A stretch of 64,000 nt of DNA, from assembly GCA_016934855.1 (NCBI GenBank), contig JAFGSA010000052.1, forward strand, positions 6,220-70,219, in the 5' to 3' direction. Origin of the DNA: Elusimicrobiota bacterium. GTDB taxonomy: Bacteria; CG03; SLGR01; JAFGSA01. Made by a program: the position numbers and the translations under genes. Below the pieces are notes generated by a model. The model saw nothing but the letters and a program-made list of their open reading frames with translations, searched no databases and was not told the DNA's origin. This document shows, in pieces, positions 15,593-24,723 of the stretch (the first letter of the stretch is position 1; the number at the start of each line of letters is the position of its first letter).

Positions 15593-16693
15593 TCAGTTGA
15601 AACCCATGACCCTGTTGCGCCCCTGTTCTTTGGCCATATACAGCCGGCTGTCTGCCATATTGATCAGATCATCGAAAGTTTCCATATTATCGGAATATTC
15701 GGCGACTCCTATTGTGACCGTCATGCCGTAATCGCACCGGTTATGCGTAAAAACCGTTTCTTCGATGTTCTTCCTGAGCCTTTCCGCCAGTACGGACGCT
15801 TTCCTGCCGGCCGTCTCCGGCATCATGACCACGAATTCGTCGCCGCCGTACCTGGCGCACAGGTCGGCCGCCCTGGTGCTCTGGAGTATCAGCTTAGATA
15901 TGTGTATGAGCGCCTGGTCGCCTACCTGGTGCCTGTTGGTATCGTTGAAATCCTTAAAATTGTCTATGTCGATAAAAACAAGCGACAGAGCACGCCCGTA
16001 CCTTTTTGCCTTCTCGAATTCCTTGTGCATGTGCCGGAGGAAATATCTCTTTATGTACAAACCTGTCAGGCCGTCTGTAATAGCCAGTTCGTACATCCTT
16101 GCATTGTTTATGGAGACAGCTGCATGGGACGCTATTATGGACATAAGCCGCTCATCGTTCCTTATAAACTGTTCCCCGGTGATCTTGGAATCCAGGTTGA
16201 CGACTCCCAGGAGCTCACCCTTGAATATCAGGGGAAGAGAAAGAATGGTCTCCTTCGGCAAGGCATCATCCGGGAATATCTCCTTGTAGAACCTGTTTTC
16301 CGTCGTGTCGTTTACCAGAACTGGTTTTCTGGTATACGCCACTCTGCCCGCGATACCTTCTCCTATCTTCAACTTCACATTCTCTACGGCCCTCGGGCTT
16401 AGCCCCAGGGATTCCCTTATCCGCAGGATGCCTTCCTTCCTGTCATAAAGCATTATAGAACCTTTTTTTACTTTGCCAGCTTTCACGAACGCTCCCATGA
16501 TTGCGGGAAGCAGCTCGTTCATCTCGAGATGCGAGGACATGTCGCTAGAGAGCTTCTGCAGCAGTTTCAGGTCATGGACAGCCTGACGGAGAAATCCGGT
16601 CCTGTTCCTCAGCCTGAAATAATTCTTCAGCAGGAATAATATTCCTGAAACAATTGCCAGTATTAATACGGAACAGAAGATCCGGCCGGTCAC
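15593..16693 (-). CDS. membrane-anchored GAF-GGDEF diguanylate cyclase
   Basis: N-terminal TM segment, a GAF-like region, and a GGDEF domain with an intact RYGGDEF active site. The start overlaps the upstream permease stop by 4 nt. Confidence 0.85.
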   Translation of the reverse strand: MTGRIFCSVLILAIVSGILFLLKNYFRLRNRTGFLRQAVHDLKLLQKLSSDMSSHLEMNELLPAIMGAFVKAGKVKKGSIMLYDRKEGILRIRESLGLSPRAVENVKLKIGEGIAGRVAYTRKPVLVNDTTENRFYKEIFPDDALPKETILSLPLIFKGELLGVVNLDSKITGEQFIRNDERLMSIIASHAAVSINNARMYELAITDGLTGLYIKRYFLRHMHKEFEKAKRYGRALSLVFIDIDNFKDFNDTNRHQVGDQALIHISKLILQSTRAADLCARYGGDEFVVMMPETAGRKASVLAERLRKNIEETVFTHNRCDYGMTVTIGVAEYSDNMETFDDLINMADSRLYMAKEQGRNRVMGFN

Positions 16694-17586
16694 AGGCTGA
16701 GCTCCTCCGGGTAGGGCTTACCCACGGCTGCCGGCGGTTCGGATCTCCCTATAAGCCCGGAAAGCACTATTATAGTCAGCAGGTATGGTATGGACTGGAT
16801 GAACTGGCTGGGTATGTTTACTCCCATAGTCTGGACATGTATCTGTATGCTCTCCGCAAGGCCGAATATCAGCGCCGCCCCGGTCGCTCCCAGAGGTGTC
16901 CACTTGCCGAATATCATGGCTGCCAGCGCGATAAAACCCCTGCCGCTGGACATATTGGATGTGAACTGCGACTGCTGCATTGCGAGCCATGCGCCTGCCA
17001 GGCCCGCCAATGCTCCGCTTATCGCGACCCCGGAGTATCTCATCAGCCATACGTTTATTCCGAGACTGTCCGCCGCCGCCGGATTTTCCCCGCACGCCCT
17101 GAGACGCAGTCCGAAAGGAGTCTTGAAGAGGATTACATGCGCCAGGACCACGATGAAAACAGTTATGACTATCACCGGGCTTATGCCGCCGATCACAGGA
17201 AAAGTAATAAGCTTCAACGGTATTATCCTCGCGGAATTCGATGAACTTCCGAAAACAAGAATAAGGAAGAATTTTGTTATGCCTACAGCGAAGATATTGA
17301 TCGCTACTCCGCTTACTATATGATTCACCTTGTACCTTATGCAGCTTACGGCGTGGATGACGGAAGTGATTATCCCGCCGGTCACTCCCGCGATAAGACC
17401 GAGCCACGGATTCCCCAGGTAATATGTTCCCACTACCGAACAGAAAGCGCCGTTCAGCATTATCCCTTCCAGCCCTATATTTATAACCCCCGAACTCTCC
17501 GAAAAGACGCCGCCCACGGCCGCCAGTATGTAAGGGACGGATATCCTGACAGTCTGCAGTAAAATATTCAGGACGAAATCCGTCAC
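16690..17586 (-). CDS. ABC transporter permease (nucleoside/simple-sugar type, BMP-system)
   Basis: 298 aa polytopic permease; its start is coupled to the upstream permease stop. Confidence 0.8.
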   Translation of the reverse strand: MTDFVLNILLQTVRISVPYILAAVGGVFSESSGVINIGLEGIMLNGAFCSVVGTYYLGNPWLGLIAGVTGGIITSVIHAVSCIRYKVNHIVSGVAINIFAVGITKFFLILVFGSSSNSARIIPLKLITFPVIGGISPVIVITVFIVVLAHVILFKTPFGLRLRACGENPAAADSLGINVWLMRYSGVAISGALAGLAGAWLAMQQSQFTSNMSSGRGFIALAAMIFGKWTPLGATGAALIFGLAESIQIHVQTMGVNIPSQFIQSIPYLLTIIVLSGLIGRSEPPAAVGKPYPEELSL

Positions 17587-18710
17587 TATTTCCTCCTGAG
17601 CCCTTCCCGGGAAACCTGTTCCCCTATTATGGCGTCGGCTCTCTGCGTATCCGGCTTATCGTCTCCGGTCGCTGAATTCCTCAGGAGTATCCTGGAAAAG
17701 ACGGTGTTTCCCACGACCACGCTCAGTATGACAACAGCCTGGAGTATATCAAGGATCTCCTTGGGCACCACAGAGTTAACAAGAAGGCTTCCGAAAGAAA
17801 GCCCTCCGAACAGAAGGCTTGCGGCTATGATGCCGAACGGATGGTTTTTCCCGAGCAGAGCTACTGCTATCCCCATGAATCCCACGCCTCCCGAAAAGCC
17901 CTGTTCGAAATAATACTTGTAACCCATGACATAATTGGAACCGACCAGCCCCGATATGCCGCCCGAGACGGCCAGCGTCACGATCATCATCTTCGAACTG
18001 TCAACCCCCGCGTACTCTCCCGCAGCAGGGTTGTAACCCATTGCTCTCAACTCGTAACCAAACCTGCTTAAATACAATATATACCATACAGCCAGCGCCG
18101 CTGCTAACGCTATAAAAAAACTGAAATTGAGCGAAGAACCCTTAAAACCCGGAAGTATGCCGGCGATGGCCGGGAGCCGCGCCGCAGCTGCTATCTGCGG
18201 CGTCCTCACTGTTCCGGGAACGAAGAAATGGCTCGTGACTATATAGTTAGTGAAAGCGAGAGCAATGAAATTCAGCATGATGGTGGTTATAACTTCGTGG
18301 GCTCCGGTCTTTGCTTTCAGCATACCAGGGATGAATCCCCAGGCCGCACCGCCGGCCGCGGCGGCGGCAAGGCACACGGGAATCAACAGCAGCCCGGGCA
18401 GCCCTGAAAAAACACAGCCTGTCCAGGCGCACAGGAGCGATCCCATGTAAAGCTGTCCTTCGCACCCGATATTGAACAGACCCGCCTTGAAGGCGAATGC
18501 GACCGCAAGTCCCGTAAATATCAGGGGGGTCGCATAAAAAAACAGCTGTCCTATGCCGTAAAGATTCCCGAAAATGCCGGAGAATAGAATGGAATATACG
18601 AAGAAAGGATTCTTCCCTGTGATGAGGATGAATAGCGCTCCCACCGCCAGAGAGAATAAAACAGCCATGAGCGGCACCGCCAGGTTGATCATCAGGGTCT
18701 TTCTTTTCAC
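17586..18710 (-). CDS. ABC transporter permease (nucleoside/simple-sugar type)
   Basis: 374 aa polytopic permease overlapping the ATPase stop. Confidence 0.8.
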   Translation of the reverse strand: MKRKTLMINLAVPLMAVLFSLAVGALFILITGKNPFFVYSILFSGIFGNLYGIGQLFFYATPLIFTGLAVAFAFKAGLFNIGCEGQLYMGSLLCAWTGCVFSGLPGLLLIPVCLAAAAAGGAAWGFIPGMLKAKTGAHEVITTIMLNFIALAFTNYIVTSHFFVPGTVRTPQIAAAARLPAIAGILPGFKGSSLNFSFFIALAAALAVWYILYLSRFGYELRAMGYNPAAGEYAGVDSSKMMIVTLAVSGGISGLVGSNYVMGYKYYFEQGFSGGVGFMGIAVALLGKNHPFGIIAASLLFGGLSFGSLLVNSVVPKEILDILQAVVILSVVVGNTVFSRILLRNSATGDDKPDTQRADAIIGEQVSREGLRRK

Positions 18711-20236
18711 TGCCTCTCCTGCATGCTAATGCTGCCGGTCATCATCATGCCCAGTTCCTCTTCACAGGTCTTATCTGGAGAGGTCTCTCCCGTTATCCTC
18801 CCGGAAAACATGACAAGGATCCTGTCCGAAAGAGCCAGTATCTCGCTCAGCTCGGAAGATACCAGGATGATCCCTTTGCCTTTGGCTCTCTCTTCGAGAA
18901 GTTTTTTATATATTATCTCCACCACTCCTATGTCGACTCCCCTGGTCGGATGCGCGGCGAGGAGCACCGACGGGTTACGGTCTATCTCCCTGGCTACGAC
19001 TATCTTCTGCTGGTTCCCCCCGGAAAGACTGTAGGCCGGCGCGCCCGGGTTGCCCGGGACGATATTATACTCGCTTATCATCTGCCGGCTTTTTTCGCGC
19101 ATCCCGGTAAAATTCATCTTCCAGATACCGTGCGAAAAACTCCTGTCAGCCTGCCGGCCCAGCGCCATATTGAACGCCACGGAATATTCCAGAACAAGAC
19201 CGTGCCTTTGCCTGTCAGCCGGGATATATGACATCCCTTCCCTCCGTGCCCGGGCGGGCTCCAACCGCGTGATATCCCTGCCCATGAGATATATCTTCCC
19301 CGAACTGGTTTTCTTAAGCCCCCATACGGCTTCCAGCAGGTCGTTCTGCCCGTTGCCTTCCACCCCTGCGATGCCGAGGATCTCCCCGGAACTGAGTTCG
19401 AGAGATACGTTATCCAGCGCCTTCACCCCTTTTTCATCTTCCAGGCTGACGCCCCTGAGTTCGAGAAGGGTCTCCTTCTTCTCGGCCTTTTTCCTGCCTG
19501 TTTCAAGATAAACGGTACGCCCTATCATCATGCGCGACAGCTCCGACTCGTCGGTCTCGCCTGTCTGCCTGACACCTGCCACCGCACCCTTGCGCATCAC
19601 GGTCACCCTGTCCGCTATCTCCATCACCTCTTTCAGTTTATGAGTTATGAATATGACCGTATGGCCCTGTTCCTTCAGGTTCCTGAGAATAAGGAAAAGC
19701 TCTTTTACTTCCTGGGGAGTCAGCACCGCTGTGGGTTCGTCCAGGATGAGGATTTTCGCGCCCCGGTAAAGGACTTTCACTATTTCAGCCCTCTGCAGCA
19801 TCCCCACAGGGAGGTTTCCTGTTATTTCGCCAGCCGGGATACCGAAACCGTACCTGTCCGAGATCTCTCTGATTTTTTCCAGGCCTTTCCGGATATCCGT
19901 GAAAGGCCCGCGGCGGGGCTCCCTGCCGAGCACTATATTCTCGGCAACGGTGAAACGGCGCACCAGCATGAAATGCTGGTGGACCATGCCTATCCCGTGA
20001 GAAATGGCTACGTGGGGATTTTCCATCCTGACCTTCTTTCCCCGTATGACTATATTCCCCTTGTCCTGGTGCTCGAGACCGTAGAGGATGTTCATGAGGG
20101 TGCTCTTGCCGGCTCCGTTTTCGCCGACTATGGCATGTATCTCGCCGTCCTTTACACCCAGATTTATATTGTTATTTGCGATTACCCCCGGAAATGTTTT
20201 TGTGATATTGCGAAGTTCTACCGCGAGGAAAGCCAT
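18707..20236 (-). CDS. ABC transporter ATP-binding protein with duplicated NBDs
   Basis: Two Walker A sites (GENGAGKST and a second NBD) with LSGG signatures; 509 aa. Confidence 0.85.
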   Translation of the reverse strand: MAFLAVELRNITKTFPGVIANNNINLGVKDGEIHAIVGENGAGKSTLMNILYGLEHQDKGNIVIRGKKVRMENPHVAISHGIGMVHQHFMLVRRFTVAENIVLGREPRRGPFTDIRKGLEKIREISDRYGFGIPAGEITGNLPVGMLQRAEIVKVLYRGAKILILDEPTAVLTPQEVKELFLILRNLKEQGHTVIFITHKLKEVMEIADRVTVMRKGAVAGVRQTGETDESELSRMMIGRTVYLETGRKKAEKKETLLELRGVSLEDEKGVKALDNVSLELSSGEILGIAGVEGNGQNDLLEAVWGLKKTSSGKIYLMGRDITRLEPARARREGMSYIPADRQRHGLVLEYSVAFNMALGRQADRSFSHGIWKMNFTGMREKSRQMISEYNIVPGNPGAPAYSLSGGNQQKIVVAREIDRNPSVLLAAHPTRGVDIGVVEIIYKKLLEERAKGKGIILVSSELSEILALSDRILVMFSGRITGETSPDKTCEEELGMMMTGSISMQERQ

Positions 20237-20246
20237 CTTTTAAATT

Positions 20247-21290
20247 CTATTTTTCTTCCAGCTGGATCTCTATTTCTCCGTCAATTATTTTCCGTTTCAG
20301 TTCTTCGACCCTCGATATGATATCCGGCGATATCAGGAACCTGTTGTTTTCGTCGTATATGTATCCGACCCCGTTATCCTTCAGACCCAGCTGTTTTATC
20401 CCTCCCTCGAACTGCCCCGTCATCTTATTCCTTATTATATGGTAGACGGAGACATCCACTCTCTTTATCATCGATGTCAGGATATTGCCGGGAGCCTCAT
20501 GATACTGGTCCGAATCCACTCCTATGGCGAGCATATCCTTTTCCCGGGCCGCCTCGAATACACCCAGCCCCGTAGATCCCGAAGCATGGTATATTATATC
20601 GGCGCCGCTATGGTACTGAGACAGGGCCAGTTCTTTTCCCTTAGCCGGGTTTTTGAACGCCTCGCCCGTCACGCCGGCATAGGCCACGAGCACCCTGCAG
20701 CCGGGATTTACTTCTTTCACTCCCTGCACGAAACCCGTTTCGAACTTGTGTATTAACGGTATATCCATCCCTCCGATGAACCCTACCGTGCCGGTTTTTG
20801 TCATCAGACCCGCTATAGAGCCCACGAGGAAAGAGCCTTCCTGTTCACTGTAATTTATAGCGGCGAGATTATCCGGGACGTTCAAGCCTTCGGATATATT
20901 ATAGTCGATACACACGAAATCGACATCGGGAAAATCATTGGCTATCCTGGTTATATCGTCCGTGAAAAGTATTCCTATGCCGAACACGAGGTCGAATCCC
21001 CTGGATGCGAACATCCTCAACGCCGATTCCCTGTCCGCGCCGGATCCGGGCTCCACATATTCCGTGTATATATCGAAGTCCGCCTTGGCCTTTTCGAGCC
21101 CCCTGTACGCGGAATCATTAAAGGATTTATCTCCGCGGCCGCCTATATCGAAGACCAGCCCTACCTTCAGCTTCCCGGCGGATCCGTCGTTTTTACCGGC
21201 AGTGCATCCCCCAAGGAGAAAAACGGATATGAACAAGAATTTTACAGTCGAACTCATTTTAAACCTCTGTTTTTTACCAGTCTTCATCAA
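20247..21290 (-). CDS. BMP-family (PnrA/Med-like) nucleoside-binding lipoprotein, the substrate-binding protein of the ABC importer
   Basis: Lipobox LLGGC, then KVGLVFDIGGRGDKSFND typical of basic membrane protein/purine-nucleoside receptors. An alternative start MSSTVKF at 21257 avoids overlap with the 5'-nucleotidase. Confidence 0.8.
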   Translation of the reverse strand: MMKTGKKQRFKMSSTVKFLFISVFLLGGCTAGKNDGSAGKLKVGLVFDIGGRGDKSFNDSAYRGLEKAKADFDIYTEYVEPGSGADRESALRMFASRGFDLVFGIGILFTDDITRIANDFPDVDFVCIDYNISEGLNVPDNLAAINYSEQEGSFLVGSIAGLMTKTGTVGFIGGMDIPLIHKFETGFVQGVKEVNPGCRVLVAYAGVTGEAFKNPAKGKELALSQYHSGADIIYHASGSTGLGVFEAAREKDMLAIGVDSDQYHEAPGNILTSMIKRVDVSVYHIIRNKMTGQFEGGIKQLGLKDNGVGYIYDENNRFLISPDIISRVEELKRKIIDGEIEIQLEEK

Positions 21291-22827
21291 GACTCACGTT
21301 TATCATTCTTCCCTCGATCCTGGCGTGTATCGGGGAATTGCCCTTAATATATTTTATTTCCTCGTCCCTGAGTATCAGCCCTGTATCCTCGATCTCCGTG
21401 CCTTCCGAGAAAACGCTGTAGCCGTCTCCCCCTTCCGCCAGGAAGGAGTTTGTCACGACCGTGTATTCCTTCTCGTCCTCTATCTCCGAAAGGCCCGCTT
21501 CTTCGTCTTTTATTATGATGTTCAGGACTCTTCTGCCTTCAGGGAGAGAGCTGTTGTATATCATCTTCAGACCGGAGACCTGCAGCCTGGATTGTTTTGC
21601 AGATGCGCTCTGCTCCAGAAGACGGCGGACCTGGGAACCCTTGAGCACCATCTTCACAAGCGTATTCCCGAAAGGAGACAGCTCCCAGACATCCCTTACC
21701 CTAATATCGCCGTCCGGTATCGCCGCCCTTATGCCCCCGGAATTCTGAAAAGCAAAATCGCAACCGGTCAGCTCCCTCATCATATCAGTCTGCCAGTTAC
21801 CCAGGGCAAGTTCGCCGTTCTTGGAATCTTCGCCGTAGGTCCTGTGAAGCATAAGCACATCTGATGCGCCTATCACCTCGTTCATCCTTGCGGTAAGCTC
21901 GCCGAACGACTCGCTTATGAATTCGTCTATTTCTTTTTTACCGGGATACCTGGAAGCCAGGAGCGGGACGACCCTGTTCGAATACGACATTATTTTCCTT
22001 TCGATAATGCTGTAGTATATCTTCAGGTGACCTGCATACTGGAAATGACACCCCGGTTCGCAGATGAGCACTCTTCTTACTTTCTTCGGTTCGTCGAACT
22101 TCAGATGCGTATGTCCGCCGAGTACTATATCGACTCCCTCAAGGCCTTCTGCCAGCTGCATGTCTTTCTCGGCTCCCTGATGCGATAACAGGATGATTAT
22201 TTCCGCCCCTTTCTTCCTGAGCCTCGCGGCACTCTCGTTTGCGGTCTCAAGCGGGTCGGCGAACTCAAGGCCCTCGATATTTTCCCCCATGGTGATGAAT
22301 TTCATATCCTGCGTGAGTATACCGGTAAAACCCACCTTTACACCGTTGAGTTCGGTGATAAAGGCATCCTTTATATACCCGGGGTTAAGCCCCGTGCCGG
22401 CATCGATGATATTCGCCCCGAGCATGGGAAAGCCGGCAAGACCGGACAGTTCTTCCAGAGTCTCCCTGCCCATATCGAAATCATGATTGCCGACAGCCAT
22501 CACATCATAACCCAGCAGGTCCATCAGTTCTACCACTATCCTGCCCTCTGTCAGGATGCCTTCGGGCGTGCCCTGGAATATGTCTCCGGAATCCGCCAGC
22601 AGGTAATCGCGCTTCAGCCTGCCCAGGAAATTCCCCAGGGCCGACATGCCGCCTATCGCGGTCTTCTTCCCGTCCTTATACATCATGGAAGGAAAGACAT
22701 GCCCGTGACCGTCGGAAGTGTAGACCACGTCCAGCTCCACGACGTACCTGTTCCAGTAATATCCGTAGGCGGCAAGGAATAATCCGGCCGCGAACACCGG
22801 GACCGCTATTCGGCGCAGGTATTTCAT
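21274..22827 (-). CDS. secreted bifunctional 5'-nucleotidase / metallophosphoesterase (UshA family)
   Basis: Signal peptide, a calcineurin-like domain ([13 protein letters not shown]) and a C-terminal 5'-nucleotidase domain ([12 protein letters not shown]). Confidence 0.85.
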   Translation of the reverse strand: MKYLRRIAVPVFAAGLFLAAYGYYWNRYVVELDVVYTSDGHGHVFPSMMYKDGKKTAIGGMSALGNFLGRLKRDYLLADSGDIFQGTPEGILTEGRIVVELMDLLGYDVMAVGNHDFDMGRETLEELSGLAGFPMLGANIIDAGTGLNPGYIKDAFITELNGVKVGFTGILTQDMKFITMGENIEGLEFADPLETANESAARLRKKGAEIIILLSHQGAEKDMQLAEGLEGVDIVLGGHTHLKFDEPKKVRRVLICEPGCHFQYAGHLKIYYSIIERKIMSYSNRVVPLLASRYPGKKEIDEFISESFGELTARMNEVIGASDVLMLHRTYGEDSKNGELALGNWQTDMMRELTGCDFAFQNSGGIRAAIPDGDIRVRDVWELSPFGNTLVKMVLKGSQVRRLLEQSASAKQSRLQVSGLKMIYNSSLPEGRRVLNIIIKDEEAGLSEIEDEKEYTVVTNSFLAEGGDGYSVFSEGTEIEDTGLILRDEEIKYIKGNSPIHARIEGRMINVSLDEDW

Positions 22828-22842
22828 CTATAGTCTATCCTG

Positions 22843-24120
22843 TCACTTAGGTATATCCAGACTCTCCACTTCCATCAGCTTGAGGAATTCCTCGTTGGAT
22901 TCCGTGGACCTCATCTTCTGTACGACGAGTTCCATGGCTTCCACGACTCCGAGAGGATTCAGTACCTTCCTCAGTATCCAGACTTTATTGATCTCTTCTT
23001 CGGGAGCTAGGAGTTCTTCCTTCCTGGTCCCCGACCTGAATATGTCTATCGCGGGGAAGACTCTCTTGTTAACGAGCCTCCTGTCGAGGTTTACTTCCAT
23101 GTTGCCCGTTCCCTTGAACTCTTCGAAGATAACATCGTCCATCTTACTGCCTGTCTCGATCAGCGCTGTCGCGAGTATCGTGAGGCTCCCGCCTTCTTCT
23201 ATGTTCCTGGCGGCCCCGAAGAACCTTTTGGGGCGCTGAAGGGCCTGCGAATCCACTCCGCCTGTAAGCACGCGCCCGGATGACGGCGCTATGGTATTAT
23301 ACGCGCGCGCAAGCCGGGTGATGGAATCCAGCAGTATCACCACGTCCTGCTTATGTTCGACCATCCTTTTGGCTTTTTCTATCACCATCTCGCTGACTTT
23401 GATATGCCGGTTGGCGGATTCGTCGAACGTTGAGCTTATGACCTCGCCGTGAACGGACCTTTCCATATCGGTCACTTCCTCGGGCCTTTCGCCCACGAGG
23501 AGCACTATCAGCTTCACCTCGGGATGATTGTTTGTTATGGCATTTGCTATCTTCTGTAGGATTATAGTCTTCCCGGCCCTCGGCGGAGACACGATAAGTC
23601 CTCTCTGTCCCTTTCCTATAGGCGTCAGAAGGTTCATTATCCTCGTTTCTATCACATCCCTTGTGGTTTCCAGGTTTATCCTTTCCATGGGATACAGGGG
23701 AGTGAGTTCGTCGAACTTCGTCCGCTCCCTTATCGTAGCCGGATCGTCGCCGTTCACCGCTTCGACCTTCAGAAGCGCGTGATAACTCTCGCCGTCTTTC
23801 GGAGGGCGGACCTCGCCGTATACCGTATCGCCTTTTCTCAGAAGGAACTTCTTTATCTGCGACGGCGATATATAAATATCATCGGGGCCGCTCACATAGT
23901 TGTTCTTATTGCAGCGCAGGAAACCGAATCCGTCAGGAAGTATTTCCAGCACCCCCTCTTTATATATCTTTCCGTCGTTGTTGTTCTTCTGCCTTCCCTT
24001 CATTATCTCCATTACCAGTTCCTTTTTCTTCATGTTATTGGTATTGGGGATATCGAATCTTTTCGCTTCCTCCTTAAGTTCCTTTACAGTCTTCGTCTCG
24101 AGTTCGTTAATATCTACCAT
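22843..24120 (-). CDS. rho: transcription termination factor Rho
   Basis: N-terminal Rho_N plus a cold-shock-like RNA-binding domain, an ATPase with GKT, and the Q/R loops; 425 aa. Confidence 0.92.
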   Translation of the reverse strand: MVDINELETKTVKELKEEAKRFDIPNTNNMKKKELVMEIMKGRQKNNNDGKIYKEGVLEILPDGFGFLRCNKNNYVSGPDDIYISPSQIKKFLLRKGDTVYGEVRPPKDGESYHALLKVEAVNGDDPATIRERTKFDELTPLYPMERINLETTRDVIETRIMNLLTPIGKGQRGLIVSPPRAGKTIILQKIANAITNNHPEVKLIVLLVGERPEEVTDMERSVHGEVISSTFDESANRHIKVSEMVIEKAKRMVEHKQDVVILLDSITRLARAYNTIAPSSGRVLTGGVDSQALQRPKRFFGAARNIEEGGSLTILATALIETGSKMDDVIFEEFKGTGNMEVNLDRRLVNKRVFPAIDIFRSGTRKEELLAPEEEINKVWILRKVLNPLGVVEAMELVVQKMRSTESNEEFLKLMEVESLDIPK

Positions 24121-24123
24121 ATA

Positions 24124-24723
24124 CTATTTCCTCCTTTTGAATTCCTTTATGGTATTTTTAATATTCTTTTCTATCTCTTTCTCTTCTTCTTGTGTTTCTA
24201 TTACTGCATCTGCCTCCTTTATTTTATCTTCCTGCGGGCTCTGTATCGAGAGCCACTTTTTTGCTTCCTCTTCCGTTATACCTCTTTTTTCCGTTATCCT
24301 GCGCACCAGAACGTCTTCAGGCGCATGAGTGACTATTATCCTGTCAAATATATCTTTCCATCCGGCTTCGAATAAAAGAGGCACGTCCGCCGCGCCTACC
24401 TTTACCCCTTCCCCGGCCCATATATTGAAAATCTTCAATACCTCCTGTCTCGCCAGAGGATGAATGATGCCTTCGAGCTCAGCCCTCAGATTCCGGTCAG
24501 CCAGCATGTCGGCTGCCAGTTTCCTCCTGTCCAGTTCGCCCGAATCGGCCATATACTTATCGCCCCATCTTCCCCTTATCTGCGCCCAGGCGATATTGCC
24601 GGGCGACTGGTAACTTCTTACCAGTTCGTCTACGAGTATCACCGGTATCCCCTGCTTCATCAGCAGACCCGCCACGGTAGACTTGCCCGACCCCATGCTC
24701 CCCGTTATTCCTATTTTCAGCAT
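24124..24723 (-). CDS. coaE: dephospho-CoA kinase
   Basis: MLKIGITGSMGSGKSTVAGLL P-loop with the CoaE fold. Confidence 0.88.
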   Translation of the reverse strand: MLKIGITGSMGSGKSTVAGLLMKQGIPVILVDELVRSYQSPGNIAWAQIRGRWGDKYMADSGELDRRKLAADMLADRNLRAELEGIIHPLARQEVLKIFNIWAGEGVKVGAADVPLLFEAGWKDIFDRIIVTHAPEDVLVRRITEKRGITEEEAKKWLSIQSPQEDKIKEADAVIETQEEEKEIEKNIKNTIKEFKRRK

